Part shown: one piece after another, positions 17,970 to 27,381 of the stretch
How positions within the stretch are numbered: the stretch's first letter is position 1
How the letters are laid out: every line of letters starts with the position of its first letter
Assembly: GCA_026710545.1 (NCBI GenBank)
Contig: JAPOQU010000055.1
Coordinates: 41,312 to 105,311 of the forward strand
DNA length: 64,000 nucleotides
From: Gammaproteobacteria bacterium
GTDB lineage: Bacteria > Pseudomonadota > Gammaproteobacteria > Eutrophobiales > Eutrophobiaceae
Direction of reading: 5' to 3'
Notes under the pieces: generated by a model
Database searches by the model: none
Told to the model about the DNA's origin: nothing
What the model saw: only the letters and a program-made list of their open reading frames with translations
Program-made: the position numbers and the translations under genes

Positions 17970-20962
17970 TTACCACTTTCTTCAAGATTCTGGTTTATGT
18001 ATTGGCTACGTTGATACTGCCTGCTATCGGGTTAGCAGCGGATGAGGTCATTGAGGAAGTTGTGGTAACCGGTTCCCACATCAAGGGCGCCCACGCGGAT
18101 GAGTCCCTGCCGGTCACCAGCCTGGCGAGGGATGACCTGGCTTACGAAGGCTCTCCCACCATAATCGACCTCATCAAGAACCTGTCTTTCAGCCAGGGAG
18201 CGGACGGCGAATCCGACTTCTTCCAGGCCGGCGCCGGACCCGACCGGGCAACGGCGAACCTGCGCGGGCTCGGACCCAGCCGCACCCTGGTGTTGCTCAA
18301 CGGGCGCCGCACCACATGGTCGCCCCATGCGATCAGCGCCCAGGCCCAGTTACTGGTGGACGTGAATATGCTGCCGTCGGTCGCCCTGGAACGGGTCGAG
18401 ATATTACGCGAAGGCGCCGCATCCACCTATGGTTCCGATGCTATAGCAGGAGTAATGAACTACATCACCCGCAGCGATTTTTCGGGGGTGGAGGTCTCGG
18501 CTGACTACAAGGGCATCGATGGTTCTGCCGGCGATGCTGCAGCAGGCATTATCCTCGGTGCCGACCTGCTGCAAAACCGGGGTCACGCGGTCAGCTCCTT
18601 CGGTTATATGAGGCGCAGCCGGCTCGAACTCATCAAACGTGACTGGGCGGTAGTGCCCTATGAGCAGAGTCCCCTGGGCGGCTGGTCCAGCATCGGCCGG
18701 CCGTCAGTTGTAGTGCCCCTGGAGCGCTGGCAGGCAGCGCCCGTGGGTGGTTTCACCGGTATGCTGGCAAGCGGTATCGTCGACCCGAACTGCGAAAAAC
18801 TCGGCGGCGCCCGTACCCACCAGGGTGTGCTGGGTAATCCGGACGGTGGTTTCTGCCATTTCCAGTATACGCCGTTCTACAGCCTGGCCGAGAAAACAGA
18901 GCGCTGGCAGTGGTTCACGGAACTCTCCCTGGAGGTGAATGATTCCACTACGCTGTCCGCTGAATTGCTCATGACGGACAGCCGCGTGCCCTCGCTGCAT
19001 ACCTCACCGTCTTATCCGCCCAACCGGTTGATCGACGAGAACCGGACCATACGCGCAAATCATCCCGGACTGGTCGACATGGCAAGCAAATACCCGGACC
19101 TGTACGGCGACTATGCCTGGTGCGACAGGGACTATTGTCGCTGGGACGGGGATCCGGAGCAGTCTCTGGCAGGTATTCCCCCGGCCTGGCAGGAGGTGGC
19201 CTGGTTCTTCGGCCGCTCCTACGGTCAGGATGGTCCGGTGCGCGGCACCGATCAGCAGACCGGGTTGTGGCGGGCGAACCTGGCCCTGGACGGTTCGTTC
19301 GCCGACTACGACTGGACTGTGGCGGCTACCTGGTCCGGATCGAAAAGAACATTCCATGCCGGCGATACGATGGTGTACCGGGACGCCAGGGCGCGCCAGG
19401 GACTTGCCGGTGCGGAGTGCGAGCAACTGGCGCCCAACCAGTATGACGAGGACGGCAGGATATTTTTTTCGCTGGAAACACTCATGACCCATGCCGGGCA
19501 GGGGCCCTGCCGGTACTGGACGCCTTTTTCCAATTCCATGGCAGGTTCACACCCGCGTGTTCCCGACGGTCTTGCAGCAAACCCCGACTATAACCCGGCA
19601 TTGAATAACCAGGAAATCTACGACTACATTGTGAACGACGATTACGGCAACCGCGGCAAGACGTCGCTGTTGGTGCTGGATGCCGTGTTTTCAGGCATCC
19701 TGCCCTGGTGGAGTCTGCCGGGTGGCGGCTTGAACTTTGCGGCCGGGTTCCAGTGGCGTAGCGAAACCTATAAAACCAACCCCCTCGGATTCAGTAATTT
19801 CGAGCTGTTCCCCTGTGCGGCAGGTCCCGAGATAGCTGACTGTACGATCGATCGCAACGGCCTCTACAGTTTCCTGGCTCCCGGGTTTCCCATCGATGAA
19901 GAACGTGATATCTATTCCTTCTTCGGCGAACTGCAGGCGCCCGTGACCGATGACCTGGAAGCTCATTTTTTCCTGCGCTACGAGGATTATGGCGGTTCAG
20001 TCGGCGCAAGCATCGACCCGAAGGTACACGTACACTGGCAGGCATTGCCCGGCATCGGTTTGCGCGCCTCTGTCGGCACAACCTTCCGCGGACCCACGCT
20101 GAACCAGATTGTTTCTTCCAATTCTTCGAATTCATTTCAATACGTGGCCTCGACCGCTGCTTTCAAGCGCATAGACACCAAGGGCAATCCACAGCTTGAT
20201 CCCGAAGAAGCCATCACGATCAATGCGGGGGTATTAATCGACCACGACAATCTCTTCCACGACGGGGACTACCTGACACTCAGTGCCGATTACTGGTCAT
20301 ACGACTTTGAAAAACCGCTGGTGACCGAACCCTATAACGCGGTGCTTGAGCGCGGCTGCCCCGGCGCTGTTACCGACCCCTGCGATGTATCCAGTCCCTA
20401 TTTCGAGCGGCTGTCCTTCGCCGGCAGTCCGGTCGCCGCCAATGTCGAGATTATCGACATCAACATCATCAACGGCCCCGATATCAAGACCGACGGCATC
20501 GACTTCAGCGGACTTTACTCCGCACCGGTGGGCCCCGGTCAGTTCAGCGCCGGTTTCAACGGCACGAGAATCCTGGGCTACGACATCGACGCCTGGGAAC
20601 TGGGAGAGGCCTACAACGCACTCGGCCGGTTGAACTACACCACGTCCCTGGCGCGTACCCTGGTCAAGCTGAAGTTGCGGGGTTTCCTGAACTACGCCTG
20701 GAAATCGTTAAATATGCGCTACGGCGTCAGTTATGCAGACGATTATGTAGACATTGACAGGAAAATCGACAGCCACGTCACCCACGATATACACGCAAAC
20801 TACAGGCTGTTGCAGGACCGGCTGGAACTCTGGGTTTCGGTCGTCAACCTGCTGGATGAAGACCCGCCGTTTGTACCCCGGGAGATGAACTACGATCCGT
20901 TTACCCACGACCCGTACGGACGTACGTTCAAGGTCGGTATTCGCTATAGAATGGGCGAATAA
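17966..20962 (+). CDS. TonB-dependent outer-membrane receptor
   Basis: 998 aa. Signal-peptide-like N-terminus, then plug-domain motifs (EEVVVTGS, LRGLGPSRTLVLLNGRR, ERVEILRE, YGSDAIAGVMNYITR) and a long beta-barrel. The ATG overlaps the preceding stop (ATGA). The first ~60 nt are AT-rich and the rest GC-rich. Confidence 0.85.
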   Translation: MITTFFKILVYVLATLILPAIGLAADEVIEEVVVTGSHIKGAHADESLPVTSLARDDLAYEGSPTIIDLIKNLSFSQGADGESDFFQAGAGPDRATANLRGLGPSRTLVLLNGRRTTWSPHAISAQAQLLVDVNMLPSVALERVEILREGAASTYGSDAIAGVMNYITRSDFSGVEVSADYKGIDGSAGDAAAGIILGADLLQNRGHAVSSFGYMRRSRLELIKRDWAVVPYEQSPLGGWSSIGRPSVVVPLERWQAAPVGGFTGMLASGIVDPNCEKLGGARTHQGVLGNPDGGFCHFQYTPFYSLAEKTERWQWFTELSLEVNDSTTLSAELLMTDSRVPSLHTSPSYPPNRLIDENRTIRANHPGLVDMASKYPDLYGDYAWCDRDYCRWDGDPEQSLAGIPPAWQEVAWFFGRSYGQDGPVRGTDQQTGLWRANLALDGSFADYDWTVAATWSGSKRTFHAGDTMVYRDARARQGLAGAECEQLAPNQYDEDGRIFFSLETLMTHAGQGPCRYWTPFSNSMAGSHPRVPDGLAANPDYNPALNNQEIYDYIVNDDYGNRGKTSLLVLDAVFSGILPWWSLPGGGLNFAAGFQWRSETYKTNPLGFSNFELFPCAAGPEIADCTIDRNGLYSFLAPGFPIDEERDIYSFFGELQAPVTDDLEAHFFLRYEDYGGSVGASIDPKVHVHWQALPGIGLRASVGTTFRGPTLNQIVSSNSSNSFQYVASTAAFKRIDTKGNPQLDPEEAITINAGVLIDHDNLFHDGDYLTLSADYWSYDFEKPLVTEPYNAVLERGCPGAVTDPCDVSSPYFERLSFAGSPVAANVEIIDINIINGPDIKTDGIDFSGLYSAPVGPGQFSAGFNGTRILGYDIDAWELGEAYNALGRLNYTTSLARTLVKLKLRGFLNYAWKSLNMRYGVSYADDYVDIDRKIDSHVTHDIHANYRLLQDRLELWVSVVNLLDEDPPFVPREMNYDPFTHDPYGRTFKVGIRYRMGE

Positions 20963-20987
20963 GATGCCATTACCGCGCCTCGCCGTT

Positions 20988-21004
20988 CCCCCGCTTGCGC
21001 GGGG
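20988..21004 (+). terminator. GC hairpin CCCCCGC-ttgc-GCGGGG after the TonB receptor gene
   Basis: Seen directly. No clear T-tract follows. Confidence 0.4.
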
Positions 21005-21202
21005 CAGGGAGCAGCTCCTGTGCAGCAGTGTACTTCCGGCAATAGTGTGTGATAACATCTTCGCAAGTCTTATATATACCCCCATAGGCCGACTACGGTG
21101 ATGACTGCAGCCTGTTGTGCAGACAAGGGATTTTGCATTGCTGTTTAAATATTAACTGGAAAGAGTACCAGCTCTTCAGACTAATAAGAAAAACAGGCTG
21201 AA

Positions 21203-22630
21203 ATGACTGCAAATCTCTCGATGACGCCGGAAGTTATGCTCGATCTTGCGCGTAAGACAGCAGAACTTGTGGTGCAGCGAATCGAGAGCCTGCCTGAGGA
21301 AAATGCCTGGGACGGAGAGTTCCGGCAGATTCTGTCGGATCAGCTGATGGAAGCCCCACCCGAGGACGGACGGCCCGCAGCAGAGGTTCTTGAGCAGGTC
21401 GCGCAAACTATCCTGCCATTCACAACCCGCCTGGACCACCCGCGCTGTTTCGGGTTTATTCCTTCGTCACCCACCTGGCCGGGGGTGCTGGCCGATTTTA
21501 TTGCCGCCGGGTACAACGTCAATGCCTGCACCTGGCTGGTTGCGAGCGGTCCAATCCAGCTTGAACTGGTAGTCATAGACTGGTTCCGGCGCTGGCTTGG
21601 CTATCCTGATAATGCGGGCGGACTGTTAACGAGCGGCGGTTCGGCGGCCAGTGTCGACGCCTTTGTTGCAGCCCGGGAAAATGCCGGCCATCCGGAACGG
21701 GCGACCGTATACGTGAGCAACCAGAGCCACAGTGCGCATATCCGTGCAGCCAGGATTGTGGGTATTCGTCCGGAAGGAATTCGTATGATCCCGGTCGATG
21801 AGCAGTTCCGTCTGGATATGGACGCACTTGCCCGCGCCGTTGCTGACGAACGCGCAGCCGGGTTCAGTCCCATCGCGGTATGTGCCAACGCCGGGGCCGC
21901 CAGCACGGGAGCTATCGACCCGTTGGAAGCGATGGCGGATTACTGCGCGGCGGAGGGTATCTGGCTGCACGTAGACGCCGCGTACGGCGGCTTTGCAACT
22001 GTGACCGGGAAGGGAAAAAAACTCTTAAGCGGAATTGAGCGCGCCGATTCAGTCGGTCTTGACGCACACAAGTGGTTCTTTCAGCCTTACGAGGTGGGAT
22101 GCCTGCTGGTCAGGGATGCGGCCACGCTTGAGCGGGCATTCGGAGTCAAGCACGATGTCCTGCAGGATACGATATGGGGTGCGGACCATCCGAACATTTC
22201 GGACCGGGGCCTGCAGTTGAGCCGTTCATTCCGGGCATTGAAAGTCTGGATGTCGGTACAAACCTTCGGCATGGCCGCGTTCCGGCAAGCCATATCCGGG
22301 GGGATGGAGCTTGCCGCCCGCGCCGAGGAGTATGTACGGAAAAGCCCGCACCTGGAGATGTTGAATCCGGCGTCGTTGGGAATCGTGTGCTTCCGTTTCA
22401 ACCCGGGCAATACCGATATGGAGGCGGACGGCCTGGAACAGGTCAACAGGACTATTCTCGCTCGTATATTCTGGGAAGATCCCGCGTTCATATCGTCAAC
22501 GTCTCTCCAGGGGGTATTTGCGCTCCGCCTCTGTATCATCAACCACAATACGACCTGGGATGACGTGCGGGAGACCCTGGACGCGGTCGAACGATTCGGG
22601 GTCGAGGCGTTATCAGAAAGGGAAGTGTGA
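21203..22630 (+). CDS. pyridoxal-phosphate-dependent group II amino-acid decarboxylase
   Basis: 475 aa. PLP-lysine context SVGLDAHKWFFQPYEVGCLLVRD, typical of the DOPA/tyrosine/glutamate/diaminobutyrate decarboxylase family. Confidence 0.8.
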   Translation: MTANLSMTPEVMLDLARKTAELVVQRIESLPEENAWDGEFRQILSDQLMEAPPEDGRPAAEVLEQVAQTILPFTTRLDHPRCFGFIPSSPTWPGVLADFIAAGYNVNACTWLVASGPIQLELVVIDWFRRWLGYPDNAGGLLTSGGSAASVDAFVAARENAGHPERATVYVSNQSHSAHIRAARIVGIRPEGIRMIPVDEQFRLDMDALARAVADERAAGFSPIAVCANAGAASTGAIDPLEAMADYCAAEGIWLHVDAAYGGFATVTGKGKKLLSGIERADSVGLDAHKWFFQPYEVGCLLVRDAATLERAFGVKHDVLQDTIWGADHPNISDRGLQLSRSFRALKVWMSVQTFGMAAFRQAISGGMELAARAEEYVRKSPHLEMLNPASLGIVCFRFNPGNTDMEADGLEQVNRTILARIFWEDPAFISSTSLQGVFALRLCIINHNTTWDDVRETLDAVERFGVEALSEREV

Positions 22631-22678
22631 CGTTCACCCCTGGAAAGAGTACCAGAGCCCCACGCGCACCTGCAGGAA

Positions 22679-23581
22679 ATGGTTGACGATTGGAAATTGC
22701 CCGTACCCCTGGCTACGGCAGAGGTCCGCATGGACGATGGCGCGCTGATTATTATCCGCCGGCACGGCAACCCGGAAGGCCCGCGCATCGTATTAAGCCA
22801 CGGCAACGGTTTATCGGCCGACCTGTATTATCCGTTCTGGTCCCTGTTGACCGACCAGTTCGACCTCGTCATCTATGATATTCGCAGCCATGGCTGGAAC
22901 CCGGCAAGCGATCTTCAGGCGCAGAATTTCTGGACGTTCATCAGCGACAATGCGCATGTTCTCCAGGCAATCGATAGACACTTCGGGGAGAAACCGAAAA
23001 TCGGCGTGTACCATTCCATGTCGGCATTAATGGCCATCATTCATGAACAAATGGAGGGCGTATTCACTACCATGATCCTGTTCGACCCGCCACTCAGACT
23101 TCCCAGGGGCACTTTTCTGCATATGGAAGCGATGGAGGACAAGATGAGTTCGCACACACTGAAACGTCGGGACAGGTTCAAAACCAGGGGAGAGTTTGCT
23201 GAGAAACTTCATGGCAAGTCCGCCTTTGCACGACTGGCGCCCGGCGTGACAGACCTGTTTGCCCGGACAGTGTTGCGTTCCAGCGCCGATGGTACGGGTT
23301 ATGAATTGTGCTGTCCGGTCGAACACGAGGCCCGCGCCTGGGAATATTTCTCCTGCTGGGTTGAATACTCAGAGTTGGAGAAGCTTACCTGCCGGGTGAA
23401 GGTTATCGGTGGTGACCCGAGCGAGCATTACTCGTTTATCCCAAGCAGGGATCTCAATACCATTATTCATGTGGACTATGATTTTATCCCCGAAACGTCG
23501 CATCTTCTCATTCTGGAGAAACCGGACGAGTGCGCCGCGCTGACACGGGAATTTCTGAGGGATATCGGTATAAACCCATAA
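22679..23581 (+). CDS. alpha/beta-fold hydrolase
   Basis: Alternative start at ATG 22730 (MDDGALIII). HGxG oxyanion-region motif LSHGNGLSAD and a nucleophile-elbow-like GVYHSMS. Confidence 0.7.
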   Translation: MVDDWKLPVPLATAEVRMDDGALIIIRRHGNPEGPRIVLSHGNGLSADLYYPFWSLLTDQFDLVIYDIRSHGWNPASDLQAQNFWTFISDNAHVLQAIDRHFGEKPKIGVYHSMSALMAIIHEQMEGVFTTMILFDPPLRLPRGTFLHMEAMEDKMSSHTLKRRDRFKTRGEFAEKLHGKSAFARLAPGVTDLFARTVLRSSADGTGYELCCPVEHEARAWEYFSCWVEYSELEKLTCRVKVIGGDPSEHYSFIPSRDLNTIIHVDYDFIPETSHLLILEKPDECAALTREFLRDIGINP

Positions 23582-23603
23582 TGTGGACAAGCCCTCTACC
23601 CCG

Positions 23604-23630
23604 TCGTTCCTGCTTTCGCAGGAATGACGA
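23604..23630. repeat. REP-like hairpin tcgTTCCTGCtttcGCAGGAAtgacga between convergent genes
   Basis: Same core as 47504-47526 (TTCCTGC-N-GCAGGAATGACGA). Confidence 0.6.
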
Positions 23631-23635
23631 ACTTC

Positions 23636-24505
23636 TTACCTCGGGTTGAACACGGCAAGCAGTTCGCGGACTTCCCCGCGGTTGCCGGCGTCGCTGCTGA
23701 TGTTTCTCCTGACCTTGAAACCGGTAATTTCTGCGTCTCTCACGCGGTATAACTCGCGCACCTGCCTGGTGTCGTGGTTTGAAATGACGACCTGGACCCG
23801 GTTGTGCGCCAGTTCGCAGGCAATATCGGCCAGGCGCACCTGGTCGTCCCAGGTGAAACCTCCCGCGTGGTAATCGGTAAAATGTGCTGTCTCCGATAAC
23901 GGAACATACGGCGGGTCGCAATAGACCGCATCGCCGGGACGCGCCAACGGCATGCTCTCATCGAAGCGTGCCTGCAGCAGCGTGGTGTTCTGTGCGCGCC
24001 CGACGAAGGCCAGCATTTCTTTTTCAGGGAAGTAGGGTTTGTCATAGCGGCCGAACGGCGTATTGAAACCGCCCTTGCCGTTGTAGCGGCACAAGCCGTT
24101 ATAGCCGTGCCGGTTCAGGTACAGAAACAGTGCTGACTTCCTCCTGGCGCGCCGGGTTTCATTGAATTCATCGCGATAAGCATAATAGGCCTCGCGGGTA
24201 TTGGCCGCGCCGTTAAAAAACCTGCGGCAATAGCTGATGAAAGCAGCGCCTTCTTCACACAACCGGCGGTACAGGCCGATCAGGTCCGGGTTGGCGTCGG
24301 CGAGCAGGTATGCGCCGTAATCCGTATTGAGAAATACCGCGCCCGAGCCGACAAACGGTTCTATCAGCCGTTTCCCCGGATGCAGGGCATTGCGTATCCT
24401 CGAGAGAAGCCGGTATTTCCCCCCGGGCCATTTTAAAAACGGCCTGATGTCCGGCCTGGATTTGTCACCGGTACGCCCGGATGCAGGCAGAGGCTCAGCC
24501 CGCAT
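23636..24505 (-). CDS. dam: DNA adenine methyltransferase, Dam family (orphan, GATC-type)
   Basis: FLKWPGGKYRLLSRIRNALHPGKRLIEPFVGSGAVFLNTDYGAYLLADANPDLIGLY matches the Dam N-terminus (FLKWAGGKY...EPFVGAGSVFLNT). Catalytic DPPY motif VYCDPPYVP. No cognate restriction gene adjacent. Confidence 0.8.
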   Translation of the reverse strand: MRAEPLPASGRTGDKSRPDIRPFLKWPGGKYRLLSRIRNALHPGKRLIEPFVGSGAVFLNTDYGAYLLADANPDLIGLYRRLCEEGAAFISYCRRFFNGAANTREAYYAYRDEFNETRRARRKSALFLYLNRHGYNGLCRYNGKGGFNTPFGRYDKPYFPEKEMLAFVGRAQNTTLLQARFDESMPLARPGDAVYCDPPYVPLSETAHFTDYHAGGFTWDDQVRLADIACELAHNRVQVVISNHDTRQVRELYRVRDAEITGFKVRRNISSDAGNRGEVRELLAVFNPR

Positions 24506-24797
24506 TTCTCACCAGGTCGCTGTCTGCCGCTGTCTCTTCTTCCGGAGTGCGCGCCCTGATGCTCAGCGCATGAATTTCTCCGGGCATCATGTCGCCGACG
24601 GCCTGGTAGACCAGGCGATGACGCGCCAGGGTGGCGCAGCCCCGGAAACGGGAACTGACGATTTTCACGGAAAAGTGGCCGCCCCCGCCCGCCGCGCCCG
24701 CATGACCCGCGTGCAGGTGAGAATCATCCGTTATCTCCAGGTGTTCAGGCGCCAGGGCCAGTTCGAGTTTTTCCGTTATGGTTTTGACCCGGTCCAT
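24495..24797 (-). CDS. BolA family protein
   Basis: 100 aa; BolA signature SHLHAGHAG...HFSVKIVSSRFRG. Confidence 0.75.
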   Translation of the reverse strand: MDRVKTITEKLELALAPEHLEITDDSHLHAGHAGAAGGGGHFSVKIVSSRFRGCATLARHRLVYQAVGDMMPGEIHALSIRARTPEEETAADSDLVRNAG

Positions 24798-24801
24798 AGC
24801 G

Positions 24802-25362
24802 TTATTTATCCGTTTCCGGTTGCTCTATCGCGTAGCGCGACAGGTACAGGGTGAGACCGACAATATAAACGATGTTCAACAGCAGAAAACCGAACAGTTT
24901 GAAGGTGGCCCAGGCCTCCGTGCTGAAATTATAGGCGACAAACAAATTGATAAAGCCACAGAGCAGGAAGAAGGCCACAAAGGATAAATTGACCTGGCGC
25001 CATACATTCCCCGGCGCGTCGAACAACTGTCCCATTAACCGTGCCGACAGGTTCCGGCTGCCGATGTAATCGCTCGCCAGGAAGGACAGGGAGAAGATCC
25101 AGAAGACGATGGTCGGTTTCCATTTGATAAACCGCTCGTCCTTCAACAGCAGGGTCGCAGTGCCCAGTACCAGCACCACCAGGAAAATGACGACGTATTG
25201 CCTTTCGATCTTTCTGGTGATAAGCCAGCCCAGGAATATCTGCAGGAATGTCGCGGCTATCAGGACCTTGGTGGCCAGGTATATCCCCTGGGTCCGGTCC
25301 TCAGGGATGAACAGCGCAACCAGGAACGCCAGTCCGGGGAAAAAATCGAGGAAAAATTTCAT
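24802..25362 (-). CDS. yciB: intracellular septation protein A (YciB/IspZ)
   Basis: 186-aa 5-TM protein MKFFLDFFPGLAFLVALF... with the YciB family N-terminus. Confidence 0.85.
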   Translation of the reverse strand: MKFFLDFFPGLAFLVALFIPEDRTQGIYLATKVLIAATFLQIFLGWLITRKIERQYVVIFLVVLVLGTATLLLKDERFIKWKPTIVFWIFSLSFLASDYIGSRNLSARLMGQLFDAPGNVWRQVNLSFVAFFLLCGFINLFVAYNFSTEAWATFKLFGFLLLNIVYIVGLTLYLSRYAIEQPETDK

Positions 25363-25396
25363 GTTATCGAGTCAGAAGTAATATCATAGTCCGTGT

Positions 25397-26020
25397 ATGG
25401 CCCAGTATTTTAAAATCCACCCTGACAATCCACAAGTGCGATTGTTAAACCAGGCTTCGCACATCCTGCAGCAAGGCGGCGTCATTGTCTACCCCACCGA
25501 CTCCTGCCTGGCCCTGGGCTGCCTGCCCGGCAACAAGAGCGCGTTCGATAGGATACTCGCCATACGCCGCTTGAACCACAAGCATAATTTCACGCTGTTG
25601 TGTTCGTCCATGGCAACCGTGGGTGCACTGGCGAAAACGGATAATACCGCGTTTCGCCTGATAAAACGGCTGACCCCCGGGCCGTATACGTTTCTGTTGC
25701 GAGCGTCCCACCAGGTGCCCCGGTACATCCAGCACCCGAAAAAGAAGACAATAGGGCTGAGGATCCCGGCGCATGAAACGCTGTTGGCGTTGCTGGACCT
25801 GGTCGCGCAGCCGATATTGAGCACCAGCCTGGTATTGCCGGACAAGGATACGCCCGAGACCGACCCGGAGGAGATCAGCAGTAAACTGGGCCGCGAGGTC
25901 GACCTGGTAATTGACGCCGGCCCCTGTGGAGGTGAGTTGACTACGGTCATTGACCTGACTTCCGACACGGTTGAAATCGTCCGGCAAGGCATAGGCTTTT
26001 TACAGGATATTCCGGGTTAA
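25397..26020 (+). CDS. YciO/TsaC/Sua5-fold L-threonylcarbamoyladenylate synthase family protein
   Basis: 207 aa with YrdC-domain motifs (VIVYPTDSCLALGC, PGPYTFLLRAS, LSTSLVLPD). Divergent from yciB, as with E. coli yciO. Confidence 0.8.
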   Translation: MAQYFKIHPDNPQVRLLNQASHILQQGGVIVYPTDSCLALGCLPGNKSAFDRILAIRRLNHKHNFTLLCSSMATVGALAKTDNTAFRLIKRLTPGPYTFLLRASHQVPRYIQHPKKKTIGLRIPAHETLLALLDLVAQPILSTSLVLPDKDTPETDPEEISSKLGREVDLVIDAGPCGGELTTVIDLTSDTVEIVRQGIGFLQDIPG

Positions 26021-26113
26021 GCCAGAGAGGACACGTAGATCACAGAGTTAAGGATTAAAGATTTTGTGCAGCCTGGTTAACAGGCTTCGTTTTACCTTGT
26101 CGTTTTAACAAGA

Positions 26114-26150
26114 ATAATCTGCGATAATCTGCGTCATCTGTGGATAAATA
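26114..26150 (+). repeat. heptad-repeat element copy 2: ataatctgcgataatctgcgtcatctgtggataaata
   Basis: Same element as at 3573. Ends ~20 bp before the trpS start. Its last heptad variant, TGTGGATAA, resembles a DnaA box. Confidence 0.8.
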
Positions 26151-26169
26151 ACATACCAAGAGGATTATT

Positions 26170-27381
26170 TTGGCAATCTCAGCTAACCAGCGGGTGATGT
26201 CCGGCATGAGGCCGACCGGCGCTTTGCACCTTGGCCATTACCACGGCGTGCTAAAGAACTGGGTCAGGTTACAGAACGAATACGAATGTTTCTACAGTGT
26301 CGTTGACTGGCATGCCCTGACGACGGAGTACGAAACTCCCGACACCATCGAGAAAAACGTCTGGGAGATGATCATCGACTGGCTGGCGGTCGGCATCAAT
26401 CCCGGATCGGCGAAGTTGTACATACAGTCCCGCATCCCCGAACATGCGGAACTGCACCTGCTGCTGTCCATGATCACCCCGCAAAGCTGGCTTGAACGGG
26501 TACCCTCGTACAAGGAGCAGCAGGAGCGGTTGCACGACAAGGACCTGACTACCTACGGCTTCCTCGGTTACCCGCTGCTTCAGACCGCGGATATCATCAT
26601 CTTCAAGGCCAGCTATGTCCCGGTGGGTGAGGACCAGGTCGCCCACGTGGAGATGGCCCGGGAAGTGGCCCGGCGTTTCAATTACCTGTACGGCCGCGAC
26701 CCCGGGTTTGAGAAGAAGGCGGAGAAGGCCGCCGGGAAAATGGGCAAGAAAAACAACAGGATGTATTTCGATCTGTTAAAAAAATACCAGGAACAGGGCA
26801 ACGTGCAGGCGCTGGAACGGGCCAGGGCGCTGGTGGAAGCGCAGCAGAATATCAGTATCGGCGATCGCGAACGCCTGGTCGGATACCTGGAAGGCGGCGG
26901 GAAGATGATCTTCCCCGAACCCCGCGCGCTGTTGACCGAGGCGCCGAAAATGCCCGGAACGGACGGGCAGAAGATGTCCAAGTCGTACAATAATACTATC
27001 TCGCTGCGGGAGAATGCCCGCAGTGTGGAAGGCAAGGTCAGAACCATGCCCACCGACCCGGCCCGGATCAGGCGCAAAGACCCGGGCGACCCGGAAAAAT
27101 GCCCGGTGTGGGACCTGCACAAGGTCTATTCAGGCGAGGATGTGAGGACCTGGGTACAGGAAGGTTGCCGCAGCGCCGGCATAGGATGCCTGGACTGTAA
27201 AAAACCCCTGATAGACGCCATCCTCAAGGAGCAGGGGCCCATCAGGGAGCGGGCCGACGAGTACCTGAACGACCCGGAAACGGTACGGGCGATCATTAAC
27301 GAGGGTTGCGAAACTGCGCGCGACCTGGCCAGGGAAACCCTGATGGAGGTGCGCGAAGCCATGGGACTGGATTATGGCTGA
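26170..27381 (+). CDS. trpS: tryptophan--tRNA ligase
   Basis: HIGH-type motif region PTGALHLGHYHG and KMSKS (GQKMSKSYNN). A TTG start at 26170 follows a strong AAGAGGA SD; an alternative ATG lies at 26197. 403 aa, a long-form TrpS. Confidence 0.85.
   Translation: MAISANQRVMSGMRPTGALHLGHYHGVLKNWVRLQNEYECFYSVVDWHALTTEYETPDTIEKNVWEMIIDWLAVGINPGSAKLYIQSRIPEHAELHLLLSMITPQSWLERVPSYKEQQERLHDKDLTTYGFLGYPLLQTADIIIFKASYVPVGEDQVAHVEMAREVARRFNYLYGRDPGFEKKAEKAAGKMGKKNNRMYFDLLKKYQEQGNVQALERARALVEAQQNISIGDRERLVGYLEGGGKMIFPEPRALLTEAPKMPGTDGQKMSKSYNNTISLRENARSVEGKVRTMPTDPARIRRKDPGDPEKCPVWDLHKVYSGEDVRTWVQEGCRSAGIGCLDCKKPLIDAILKEQGPIRERADEYLNDPETVRAIINEGCETARDLARETLMEVREAMGLDYG

Noticed and set aside
26141-26149. 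DnaA-box-like TGTGGATAA (reverse of TTATCCACA) inside heptad-repeat copy 2
   Set aside because: Only one copy has the exact box (others are TGCGGATAA). The window shows no other oriC features (no AT-rich 13-mers or box clustering). Most likely coincidental.
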